NCBI RefSeq assembly: GCF_001194135.2
Contig: NC_068994.1
Location: 35,151,263 to 35,215,262 of the forward strand
DNA from: Octopus bimaculoides
Taxonomy: Eukaryota
Direction of reading: 5' to 3'
Length of the DNA stretch: 64,000 bases
A program made the position numbers and the translations under genes. The notes below the pieces were generated by a model that worked only from the letters and a program-made list of their open reading frames with translations, ran no database searches and had not been told where the DNA came from. Shown here in pieces: positions 13,607 to 25,979 of this stretch (within the stretch, counting starts at the first letter, position 1; each line of letters begins with the position of its first letter).

Positions 13607-15557
13607 ATTTATATATACAGATAGATATACATGAATGTATGTCTCTGTATGTATATACATACGACCTGCACTATGTGTATAGAGAAATATATTTTTTTGA
13701 ATATAAGTGAAAGACCATAACAAAACAAAATAAAAAAGGAAAGAGGAAGATAAGACAGGATAAAAATATATAGATATTTGAAGTAAAGTAACCCTGCCCC
13801 CCTACCTTAAAAAAAACCCAACAGAAAACAAAAAAAAAGACACACACACGCACACACACCGCTCAAAAAAACAAACATAAATCAATATGGAGTTGCAAAA
13901 AAAAAAAAAAAAAGAGATGTTTAAACCCAACTGAAAAGTGTTAAGCTTTTCGAAACAAAACACATCTGATGGATGGGATAAAATGCAACTGGCCACAAAC
14001 CGATCCCAACACATTTGCATGACAGTACAGTACTACTCGCACCAGTGAAATTGTCTTCATACACACAAACTACAGATAAATCACCTTCTGCTGTCTTGCT
14101 TAACTATCTTTTCACGTCAGTTGAGGCCTATTCATAAATGTCACTCTCCTGGCTTTTTACCACCACCACCATGACCGCCAAGCCCACCACTGCCATCCCC
14201 ATCATCGCTCTTATTTCATTGTTTTTTGTTTTTTTTTTGCATTTATCATTTTTATTATTATCATTATTACATTCATTATTATTATTATTATTATCATCAT
14301 TTGCCAGTATATAGGGTTTATAGCCAGTAAATACATATGATCCATTGCTTCATACACAGGTTTTTATTACCAGCTTATAACAGGGTTTTCACCTCCTCCA
14401 CTCCACTAATTTTTATTTATTTATTTATTTATTTATTATGTTTAGCTTCACTGAAAAAAAAAACATGTAAAAAAATGATTTGAAAACAATGAAGGAATAT
14501 GATAGTGCAAAAGCAAAAGACAGAATAAACAGTTTAAAATCATTTTAAATTTAATTTCATTTTAAATTCTATTTTTTTCCCTTTTTTTTTTGTAAACACC
14601 CTTTATGTAACTTAATGTCATTAACTGTTAAATTTAATTTGTTCCTTAAGTAAATTGCTGTAAATTTTAAACTATCAATTAGCACCAATGTCATAATCCC
14701 TAACACAGCATTTTTGCTTTTTGTTGTTCTTTTTTGGTCTTTTCGTTATGAGGGAAGGCAGTGTCCAAGATCTTTTACAGGACTAGTTGAAAGGAAAAAT
14801 GTATCGTGTATCCTTAAACCAGAGATCAAGTAAAAATGCTTGCAACAGAGAGTACTCTGTTAAAAGTACCCCAAGGTGAGGCAGAGGTGTTAAGCTGAGA
14901 GATGGATTAGGATTAAGTCTACAACCTATGTAGATTGTACTTATTGTCAGGATTTGAACTCAGGTGCAAAGAGCCAAAACACACACTGAAAGGTATTTGG
15001 TCCAATGTTCTTCAGTTCTGTCAACTGCCCTGGATTAGCACTCAATTTATCAACTTCAAAAGGTCGAAAGCAAAATTGACCACAATAGAGCATTTTTGTC
15101 CAACATTCCAATAGCCCTGCTAATTCTCCATCTGTATAGGGAAAATGTGTGTATATGTAATAATGTGTGTAAATGTGAGTAGTACTGTGTGTAAACATAT
15201 TACTGTGTGTGTGTGTGTGTGTATGTAGTAATGTGTAGATGTAAGTAGTAAGGTCTGTAAACATTTAGATGTAATTATTTACATATATTCATAAATGCAT
15301 ACGTATTAGCACACACATACACTCACACAAATATACATGCATGTAGACATACATACACAAATGTAAGGATAAACATATACATATTACCATACACTGATAG
15401 GTTAAATATACAATAAATGGCAGAATATAAAATGTGGCATTCAGACCATCACCAAGAATGCTAACAAAGCAAAAGAAAATAGGAAGATCAAGGAAGATAT
15501 GGGAAAGAGTGTTGAGGTAAGATCATAGGGTATAAAGTCTCAGACAAGATAAAACAG

Positions 15558-15856
15558 TACATTATTTACATTTGATGGATATCTGTCCTCATCTTGTTTG
15601 TTGTTAACGCAACATTTTGGCTGATATACCCTCCAGCCTTCATCAGGTGTCTTGAGGAAATTTTGAACCTGGGTTCTCATTCCTAAGGTATTTTTCTATG
15701 TTATTATTATTATTATTATTATTATTCAGGTCACTGCCTGGAATCGAACTTGGAATTTTGGGGTTAGTAGCCTGGACTCTTAACCATATGGCATAGTGGT
15801 TAAGAACGCAGGCTACTAACCCCAAAATTTTGAGTTCGATTCCAGACAGTGACCTG
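15558..15856 (-). mobile_element. tRNA-headed SINE (family D) with hammerhead-like tail and inverted duplicate of its head
   Basis: Minus strand: tRNA-like head (TGGTTAAG...GAGTTCGATTCC), (AAT)n linker, then a tail containing CTGATGA-aGGCTG-loop-CAGCC-AAAA. The head is duplicated in inverted orientation at 15787-15856 (53 of 60 positions match). Confidence 0.7.
15606..15652 (-). ncRNA. Degenerate minimal hammerhead-like motif
   Basis: Minus strand agacac CTGATGA a GGCTG gagggtatat CAGCC AAAAT GT T gcgtt. The CTGATGA core and a 5-bp stem II are intact. The expected CGAAACG reads CAAAATG, two CpG-type transitions. Confidence 0.5.
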
Positions 15857-15914
15857 TACATTCAGAAAAAGAAAGAGTAAAAAGACATATATCAGCAATA
15901 ATAACTCTTTATAA

Positions 15915-16335
15915 ATTTGGCACAGGGCCAGTAATTCTGAATGGAGGGATAGTTGATTACATAGATCCCAGTACTTGTCCGGTACTTTATTTTATTGACC
16001 CTCAAAGGATGAAAAGCAATGTTGACTTTGGTGGTATTTGTACTTAGAACACAAAGTGTGAGAAGAAACGCTGCCAAGCATTTTATCTGACACAATCACG
16101 ATTCTGTCAGCTCACCACTTTTCATAAATAATAATGATAATGATGATGACGATTTCAAATTGTGGCACAAGGCCGGTAATATATTGGGGGAGGGGGTAAG
16201 TCAACTTGTACTTTTTTTTTTATCGACCCCAAAAGGATGAAAGGCAAAAGTGGACCTCTGCGGAATTTGAATTCAGAACATAATGATAGAAGTTTGCTGC
16301 TAAGAAGTTTTTGCCTGGCAGTATTGCTCTATACC
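15915..16335 (-). mobile_element. Two tandem SINE family B copies
   Basis: Units at about 15915-16120 and 16155-16335, separated by an AAT/GAT spacer. Confidence 0.7.
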
Positions 16336-18557
16336 TGGCAGTATTGCCAATCCAAAACTTTCTGGAAGTTATCCATATTCATGGACCAGGTGATGTGTTG
16401 TGTTCTTGAGTCAAACACATCACTTCTCATTGCTCTAGTCCACTCAGCTGTAGAAATGAGTTTAGCCTGAAGAGGGATGGGCTCTGCCAAGCTTTCTTGC
16501 CCAAGATATGGTGCATGGCTGCAGTACCCTGATGACCCAGTAGGTTTAAGTACTTGTCATTGTCGATGTCTTCCACCAGGGAAACATATGATGCAGTGCA
16601 GCAAAATCCAAAAGAACATAACTGAAAAATAGGGACCCAACTAGAGAAAAGCAGTAATGACACTCTTGGGTCAAGAACAGTGGAGAAAACTCATCAATGG
16701 CCTATGCTCCACAGTGAGCAAAGGGATTGGGCCTAAGTTCTGACAGTGCTCAAAGTTTCTTTCTTTTCTCTTTCAAAATAGTGGTCATCTGTTCCTTATT
16801 AGGAACAGGATTGCTGGGATCTTTCAAGCATCTAGAAGCTTTTCTTGGAAATTCCCATTCTTTAGTATCTGTGGCTGTACTAGGGGCACTACCTTAGAAG
16901 GTTTTACTGGATCCTCTCAAGTACCGATTTCAGTCTGGTGTTTATCCAGTTATATCGAATTATTTCTGTCGAAGAATTAAGATTTTTTATTTTTGTTTTT
17001 TTTTTAAACAATACCAGCTTTAATTGGCAGTACTGTTTCAAACACTTAAATGCATACTCTCACTCTCTTCTTTCTCTCACATATATGAAGGGCTTCTACA
17101 CAGTTTCTGTCTACCGATTCCCAATCGCAAAATATTGGTCCATGAAAATGTTACAGTAGAAAACATGAGACTATGGTGCCATGCATTGAAACCAAGCCCA
17201 GAACAACATGGTAGCAAAGTGAACTTCTTAATCAGGTGGCAATTCCTGTGACAAATTACCATTCTGCTGGTAATACAAATGTGTATGCTCTGTGATACAG
17301 CAACTAATAATTTGCTCTATTAGCTTACACACATGAGCTAAGTAGTATTTCTTACATCTCGTAGCATGTCATTTTCTCAACAGAAAATAACACAAACAAT
17401 AACGATTCTAGAAATAGTTTTTTACATTAGCTATGGCATTTTGCAAAGACACACACACACACAAACAGTCATATGGATAGACAGGTGAACAAACAAAAAT
17501 ATAATCTTAAAATATACTTCAATAAACTGACAAAAGTTGGGTGGGGGATACTTAGGAAGGAGGACAGCAAGTTTGCCTCTTTCAGAACCTCCAAAAGTGG
17601 AGGGAAATGGGAGAAGTTTTTTTAGACTAGAAACCTGGTCAAATTGCTTGTAAGAGAATGGACTCTGCTATAGTACCCAAAGACTAGCTAGTGGCAATGG
17701 ATTAAACCTGCCAGAAGAGAACAGAAAAGGCTCCAGAATCTGACTTCCTTATAGCTTCCATCAAACAAATTTCACTCAAAAGAATTTGGTCAACCAAAGG
17801 CTATCATAGAACACTCTCACCAACAGGCCCATGCAATGGGATTGAGCACAAAATGAAATAATTGCAATATTTCTCCTTAACCCCACAACTACACCAGCTT
17901 AAATTTATATAAAGGGAATAAATTATACTGTATTAGCATATATTAAAATATTATATGATATAATACAATATATTGTGTCTATATATGTATAGATGTGGGT
18001 GTGTATGTAAATGGTGGGTCACAGGGGTGCCAGTGAATATCAACAACAATTTGTGGTTGAATAAAAGCAGCAAACCCATTAAGAAGATTCAAACCACACA
18101 TCTCTTGATTACAAATCAAACATACTAGCATTTACACTATATGAATAAATAAATACATACATAAATATATCTATACACACACGCACACACACTTGAGCAC
18201 ATAAATATATTTGTCTCTATATACACATATATCTTCAAATATGTTCACGTTTATGTAGACATGAGTTTATCATAGCTTTATCTATCCATCTTTCTATCTA
18301 TATATATATATATATATATATATGATTACATACAAACTCACAGATAAATATAAGTAGACACAGATATACATATATGTATATTGCATGTGTGTGTGTGTGT
18401 GTGTGTATGCATTACCTGTGGAAGAGGTATATATATTTGAATAGTTATATTTTTTATGCATATTTTGTGTGTGTGTGTGTGTGTGTGTATAAAAGATATG
18501 CATACATTTATGAACTGCTATATGTATTTTTTATACATGATTTTTATTTCGTATACA

Positions 18558-18588
<31 letters not shown>

Positions 18589-18829
18589 ACAAAATAAAAA
18601 ACACATAACTATTCATAAATATATACATATATTATACAGGTGTATATACATGTGTATGTATTTATAACAATACATAAATATATACACGCATACAGGAAAA
18701 TACAAGAAAAAAGCACATGCATTAACAGATGCACACAAAGGATAGTGTTGAGTTAATCAATGAACTTCTTTGACATTGTTTATCATGAATATATAATGGG
18801 GTGGTAAAGGAAGAAAAGAAAAAAGGGAT

Positions 18830-18835
<6 letters not shown>

Positions 18836-18908
<73 letters not shown>
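18836..18908. repeat. (TG)n microsatellite, one of dozens of (TG)n, (TA)n and (CA)n tracts
   Basis: Read directly. Confidence 0.95.
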
Positions 18909-18909
<1 letters not shown>

Positions 18910-19757
18910 ACAGGAATAGCAGAATATTTATCTCAAACATAGTTGTAATTTGCAAAGGGCGTAAGAGGAAAATAAGCAAAAAATTCCGTCATCAAAATAT
19001 ATAGAATATTGATGAAATATTTCTGGGTAACGTTATGACTTCACAGAAGGTGTTTGCAGCAACCAATTTTTTTATTATTTTCTTATTTTTTTGCATTTAT
19101 CTTCATTTACTTTATTCATTTATTTACTTCTTTTTTTCTTTTTGACTTGCTAACAATAGTTCCATCAGGCGAAGTTTGCTAATCATCGCAAGGTGCCATA
19201 TTGGTTGTCTGCTGACAATGTACAACAGAAGATATAGGAAAACTGCCTCCACCACCCCAGGTCAAAGAACGGTGATATAAGTGGGAGTGGGAACAACAAA
19301 GATTAAATATTTAATAAGTGTTTGTCTATATTTTCCTTTTATGACGATGATGATGATGATGATAGTAGTGCTGATGATAATGATGAGTATGGTGCTGGTG
19401 ATGGTGATGGTGAATGTACTGCTACTGATGATGATGATAAAACTCAACACTGTACTATGTACACATGTGTTGGAGCCTCTGCTATCTTCTGTGTGTATGT
19501 TTACATGCACATGCACATACACATGCATATACACTCAGCCTCCTCTACATGGATGACTGGAAAATATTTGCAAAGTGTAATAATATCTAGCTGGTTGCTA
19601 AAACCCACCAAAAATTGTTTATAAATTCAACCAAAAAGGAATATGGGATGCAGCAAATATGTTACAGCTTCTATATGAAGAAGTAAATCAACTAAAACTG
19701 TAAACATTAAATTTAACAGACACTGAGTCAGAGAACTACCATCAGAGACATCCAAAC

Positions 19758-20140
19758 AAATATTTAAGGGTTGATGAAACTTAAAATGCAACATGCAGAA
19801 ATGAAGGGGAAAATTAGAGAAGAGTAATTATCAAAAAAAAGTCAGATTGATAATAAAATCTCAACTCAAAGCTAACAATAAGATTGTGGGTACAAATATG
19901 TTAGCAATCCCAATTTTAAACTGGGGCTTCAACAGAAAGAATGAATGGAAGAGCTGAGACAGAAAAATCAGGAAGCTACTGATAGCTTCCTAAAGTCTTC
20001 TCTCCCACCCTCACTGAAAGCAAAAAAAAAACGATTATTGATCAAATATTCCTACCACACCCACAAGCAGAGTGGAGCCTGATACAAATAGAAGCCTATT
20101 ACAACATGACAACAGGGCTAAAAAAAATATTTAGAAGGGG
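19758..20140 (+). mobile_element. R4/Dong-clade non-LTR retrotransposon fragment (end of RT/thumb region)
   Basis: Frameshifted translation KYLRVDE..MQHAEMKGKIREE*..VRLIIKSQLKANNKIVGTNMLAIPILNWGFN...DRKIRKLL...LIQIEAYY resembles R4/Dong ORFs. Confidence 0.7.
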
Positions 20141-20224
20141 AAGCTAATAGCTTCCCATCACTTGTTTCTAAAGTATAATAAAGAAACAAAAGAGGAAAAA
20201 AATTTTCCTTTCTGTATAAGAGGA

Positions 20225-20592
20225 GTAGTCATGACTGTGTTTAAGAAACTTGCTTTGCAATCTTGGTGCTTGGGGTTCAGTCTCACTGCATGACACCTTG
20301 GGTAAGTGTCTCCTACTACAACCTTGGGCTGACCAATGCTTTGTGAGTGAATTTGGTAGATGGAAACTGTGTGGAAGCTTGTTGTGTATATATGTGTGTG
20401 TTTGTGTGAGTATATGTGTGAGCATTCATGTCTTTGTATTTGTCCCCCACCAGTACTTGACAACCAGTGTTGGTGTGTTGATGTCTCCATAACTTAGCAG
20501 TTAATAAGTGTTGGGTTCGATTTGTTCAACTTAAACTCCTCAAGTAGTGTCTGCCAGCATGGCCACAGTCTAATGACTGAAACAAGTAAAAG
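20225..20592 (+). mobile_element. SINE family A, near full length
   Basis: Head with ggggttcagtctc B-box-like motif, body caccttgggtaagtgtc...gtagatggaaactg, short (TG) slot, tail ccagcatggccacagtctaatgactgaaacaagtaaaag. Confidence 0.8.
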
Positions 20593-20715
20593 CTAAAGGT
20601 GTGTAACATAAATGATGAGGTACAAACTGGAAGCAAAATACACTGAAGAAAAAGATCCGCAAACAAAACTGTAGAAAAGATTAAAAACAAATGGAATTCC
20701 AGAAGATGCAGAGGA

Positions 20716-20840
<125 letters not shown>

Positions 20841-21887
20841 TCATTGTATTGCTGTATCTAAGAAGACTCACCAGAGAGGAAGTGAGCTATAGTGAAAGAC
20901 AAATGACAAAAAGTTCAAGAACTCTGGGCTAAAAGTCAGAAACAGCAAGTCTGATTTTGCGTGGTATAGCCACGAGCAGCTAGATTTTATCTTATACTTG
21001 TTTCAGTCATAGGATTGCAGCATCATGGTCTCTTATCTAAAGCATTGATTGAAAGGTGAAAAATATTTCAAAATAGTATGACTTTGAAATTGAAGTAAAA
21101 AAAAAAAATCTTGGGTAGTAAAATAAAATTTTAAAAAAAAACTGCATCAATATTTGGAGCACTAGGTAGAATAAAATAAAAATATGAACAAAAACAAATG
21201 AACCACACTAGGAATCCTAAAATGTAACCCAGTACAACCTGTTGCATGGTCATATTGTCAGTGACAAAACCAACAGCCTCACAAAGCTTGCTTGGAGAAG
21301 AGAGTGATTTGGACAGCCAGCTGGATGAAAGAAGAAAAATCATCAAAGGGCAAAGAAACTCATAAGAGTCAATGGCCATCCTGTAGTATGTAAATGGAGG
21401 AGTTAACCTCAATAACAAAAAATCCCCAAGCCAGAGTCACGACAAAGTCATGGGGAATCGGAAGTTGAGTGTATTGATCTTCATTCAGTGAAATTATATG
21501 ATGCAGTCTGGGTGGAAGAGCCTCTTCAGCCAATGGTCAGTGTAGCAGATTACTGCTAGTTAATAGACCCAGTTAACAGATTACTGTTAGTTAATAAAAG
21601 TGGCAATTCATGAAATCACTTTTGCTACTTGCAAACACTATGGAGTTCTGGAACCTCTTGAGGTCACCAACTGAAGTTGGATGACTTGTAGTAGTAGTAA
21701 TAGTATTTGGTGTTACTGATTCAATACTGACTTATAAGACATCAGACATTGTAATGTTTCTCTTGTTCTTTCATTCTCTTCCTCCCTTCCTCTGTTTATG
21801 TAAGTTTACTTCTCTTTAAGTGTATGAAGTGAGGGAAAGTGTTTATGTCAGTCATGTTCAATGAATAAATTGCTCTTGCTCTTGCTC

Positions 21888-21952
<65 letters not shown>

Positions 21953-22739
21953 CTCTATGCATACATTTCTACATGCACATGAAGCATGTTTGCCTCCCAC
22001 ACTAAAAAGTACTGTGACCAAAACATGTCCAATGGCCAGTAAACACTTTCAAATCACTAACATCCAAATAGACAGATGTGCCAAATTGTCTCATTCCGTT
22101 CAAATACCTATATCATTTAGCTATTGTTAGTCAGACCATTTAACTGTAAATATTTACTATGTGGTGGTACAACTGATTTCCCATATAGGTAGAGGAATCA
22201 CTCGATTATTAACATGTGTCTTATTAGTTTGTTGTTTGTAACACTGAAACAAGGAGCATCAATTTACACACTAGCTTATAATAAGATAGAGATGACAGTT
22301 CATTCACTTAGCTGTAAATATGTAATGCAAGCAAATATGCCTCACAAAAAGAAGCAGTACTACTGTGTATTTTTGAAAATTTCTTTTTAAATCATGCATA
22401 AGTAAGTTTTAATCCTCCCAATTGCCTGGACAGAGACAATTTTTACCAGACTAACCAACTCCATTTTCCCAGCACAACAAAATTATCAAACATCTCTACA
22501 TGCCAATGTACTTTAGAGTTAACTTTTTTTTAATTATACACACACACACACAAACAAACAGAATCACCTATATACTTTAATATCTACACAGTTATACTTT
22601 AATGATTAAATAATTTAATAAACAGATTATAAATATCAAAGTATTAACATGAAGTATCAACATGGTTAAGTACAATATCAATATTTTATTATGTTACTAT
22701 TCAAATATAAAGTTTTCTAAACTAAGAAGAGTAAAACTG

Positions 22740-22746
22740 ACTCACC
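22740..22746 (-). promoter_or_regulatory. Predicted 5' splice donor ending the protocadherin exon (CAG|GTGAGT, phase 0)
   Basis: Minus strand ACA CAG CAG|GTGAGT. Consensus donor at a codon boundary, 7 codons before the ORF stop. Confidence 0.8.
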
Positions 22747-25142
22747 TGCTGTGTTAAACCTTGTGTCACAGAGAGAGGCATTCTAGAAGTTGACCCTTTC
22801 CAATCCGTTTTACATCCATATTGTGAGTCCCTTTTCAGAAGGGTTGTTTTAGACTCTTTATTTAAGCCTGGATCTAAAACCATGCTTGCTGGGACATCAT
22901 ACTGTGGATGGTTAGGTTCACAGGTATATTCTGATTGTTTCCTCTCTCTAGGACAGTTGGTGTTACCAACTACATCACTGTACAGAATGTTTCTCTGGGT
23001 GTACTTCTGAATGATGCATATTGCTAATGAAATGACAATAGCCACAGATAAGATAATAGCAGCAACAATGATAACTATCATTAGGTTTATATGAATAGTG
23101 TCATCTGATTGTTTGGGAACGGTGGTCAACATTTTGGATGTCTGGTTGCTGACGGTCAACATCAGTGACAGAGTCGTAGTTGCTGACCGCATAGGACTGC
23201 CACTGTCTTTGACAACAAACGTTAAACTGTATAACCCTGCATCATTCTGGTAAACTGGACGGGAGTAAGATAGGACACCTGTGTAGGGTTTTACTGAAAA
23301 CAACTGTTTTTCATTGCCTCCGATTATTTCATAACTGAGAAATGCATTCACATGTCTGTCTCTATCTGAGGCTTTCAAAACTGTGATCTCACTCTTACTT
23401 TGAGGATGGTAGTGGACATCGAGGTTAAAAGGGTTAACACTAGGAAAGGTAAAATAAGGAGCATTATCATTTTCATCCATTACTTCAACAATCACATTTT
23501 CTGTATTATTCAAAGAAGGTTTGCCATTGTCTTTTACAAAAACTTTAAATTCATAAGTCTCTTTTTCTTCTCTGTCCAATGATTGAGTAGTAGAAATAAA
23601 TCCAAAATTAGAAATCACAAAAGGAAGAATATTTTCATTGTCACTCAATAAAATATAAGTGAGTTGACCTCCTAGGCCCATGTCAGGGTCAGTAACATTA
23701 ATAAATCCAACAGGAAAGTTTGGTTCTTCATTCTCATAGGTTAAAAACTTAAATTGGCTTTTAGTAAACTTTGGCTGCACATCATTAACGTCCATTACTT
23801 CAATAGAGAATTTTCTTTCTGTCTTTTGTGAAGGTACTCCTTTGTCTTGGCAACTTATAGTAAAGTCAATGAAACTTTCCTTTTCTCTATCAACAGACTT
23901 TTTGACCACAACTTTATATTTCATTCTCCCTAAACTCTTCAACAACAGTTTATTGTGATGGAGATCACATGTGACCTCTCCATTCTGTCCAACATCATTA
24001 TCAGTAACCTTAACATAGGCAATAAAACTACCGACTTTCACTCCTTCAGAAATTGTGGCTGTGTTTTTCATTGATTCAGAAACAAAATTTACTTCTATTG
24101 CTGGTGCAGTATTCTGGTGGCCAATCTTATTAACCAGCACAACTGCAGTTGAACTTAATGGTGGGTTCCCATTATCACTAGCTGTGATGAAAAGCTTGTA
24201 GGTTTGTTGTTTATCAAAAGGAAATTGTCGATTCAAAAAGATTTCTCCAGTTTCTTTATTCAATTCAAAATAATCCATAGCTAGTTTTGCTGTTTTTGAA
24301 TGAAAACGATACACAACTTTGCCATTCTTACCAGAATCTAAATCTTTTGCTGATGCAGTGATTACAGCCTGGCTTTTTTGGTGGTTTTCACTAATGGAAA
24401 CATTGTAAACACTCTGTGTAAAGATAGGAGAATTATCATTCTCATCAGTGACAGATATTTCAACATTTAAAACACCTTCTTTGGGTGGGTATCCTTCATC
24501 ACGAGCAATGACTTGCACATTATAAGTATCTTTTACTTCTCTATCTAATTTCTTTTCTAAAACAATCCCAAGTTGGGTGGTGCCATCATCTTTACGTGAA
24601 AAAGACAAGCTAAAAGGCTCATCTCTGTTCTTTTTTAATTTATAAGTAATCTGTGAATTTTCTGATCCCATATCTTTATCAATGGCATTAGGAATTGTTC
24701 TTGTTACTCCCTTACTGTAGTCTTCAGAAAACTTGATGTTGATTTGATTTTCCTGAAACTCAGGACGATTGTCATTAATGTCTTTAATGATTACTTTTAC
24801 CTCAATTATTTTCACAAAAGATTCTTCCTTTTGAATAGCAACATCAACCATTCTAAAACATTCAGTGTTGTACTTGCACAGAGATTCTGCATCCAGTATT
24901 TGATTGGTATATAGTTTGCCAGTCTTGGTTACATTAAACAACTGCAAGCCTTTACTTTTCTGCAAGCGGCTAAAAGAAATTAAGCTGAGGTCTCGAGACA
25001 CGAAAATGCCTCGTGAGTTTATGTCAAGCGCAATGTCACCAACATATGTTCCAAGAATTTGAGCCTCCTCTATTTGGTAAGTGAGATCGGCACAAAGGGA
25101 GGTTTCCAATAGAAGCCAGAAAGAAAACAACTGTACAAACAT
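22746..25142 (-). CDS. Pcdh: Protocadherin, cephalopod-expanded type: signal peptide, 6 cadherin (EC) repeats, TM helix and partial cytoplasmic tail in a single exon (799 codons; ORF stays open to 22722 if unspliced)
   Basis: 806-aa ORF. Linkers DINDNRP, DENDNSP, GHQNTAP, DVNDVQP, DENDNAP. DRE motifs in EC2, EC4 and EC5. EC1 LDAESLCKYNTEC carries the Cys-X5-Cys motif. Hydrophobic TM LMIVIIVAAIILSVAIVISLAICII at about 23010-23084. The symbol is family-level only; no paralogue number can be assigned. Confidence 0.96.
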
Positions 25143-25302
25143 ATTCTGTTTTAAATATATATATATATATACATATATATATAAATATATTTATATATAT
25201 ATATATCTCAATATATTTGAAACTTCAAAGGGTGTTTTCAAATTGTTTCAGTCAAGAGGCATCTTACTATGTTTAAACCATGTAATCTGAAAGAGGAAAA
25301 AA
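25143..25302 (-). promoter_or_regulatory. Predicted 3' splice acceptor (25287/25286) and 5' UTR portion of the protocadherin exon
   Basis: Minus strand ttttttcctctttcag|ATTACATGG. Polypyrimidine tract plus CAG, 144 nt upstream of the ATG. Confidence 0.7.
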
Positions 25303-25979
25303 TATATAAATAGATAGATATACAAACAGAATTATTTCTAACATGCAGGGTTACATACAGAACCATCATAGCTTTCAAAAGATAACGCTATAATAAAAGT
25401 AAGACAAAAAAAAAAGCAAAATTAAAACAAAGGAAAAGCAATAAATCTAATAATGTTTTAGTAGTTTTCCAGATATTTGAAGAACAACAGATTATATGAG
25501 CGCATGAAAGGGTTCATATACCAGCAAAATGATTCACATTTCCAAAATGATTCCAGCACAAGATCTAATTAGGATATATACATGCCATAGTTCTTTTGTA
25601 GGTTTGTTTGTTTTTTTTTGTTGTTATTTTCTTGTTTGTTTATCCTACTTTATTACTTTGTCTTTTGTTGTCATTTTGTGTTTGTTTTTTCTTCTTTTTC
25701 TTCTTCTTTTTTTTGTGGTGGTATTAGTAATAGGACATTTCAAACACCCAAACATGTAAAGTGTTATCAATAAACCCCCGAACCGAAGGACAATTGCTAG
25801 AGAATACATGTAATATCATTACATGTAAACTTGAAAACATAATGACTGTGTACAAAACTACAAAACCAGGGTTCTTCAATCGAAAAGTCTGTTTTTCATT
25901 TTTTCAAAGTTATCTCTTCAAAACCAATTTTGTCGAGATGAATTGCAAAATAGGAAAACAAGCAAACAAAATAAGACAA

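Noticed and set aside
15787-15856. tRNA gene candidate with A- and B-box-like motifs
   Set aside because: No acceptor stem and a poorly paired anticodon arm. It is the inverted duplicate of a SINE head.
21131-21418. Minus-strand 95-aa ORF as protocadherin exon 2
   Set aside because: The candidate acceptors give immediate or early stops in the required phase 0 (GAT GGC CAT TGA; LAVQITLFSKQAL*), and no supporting similarity was recognisable.
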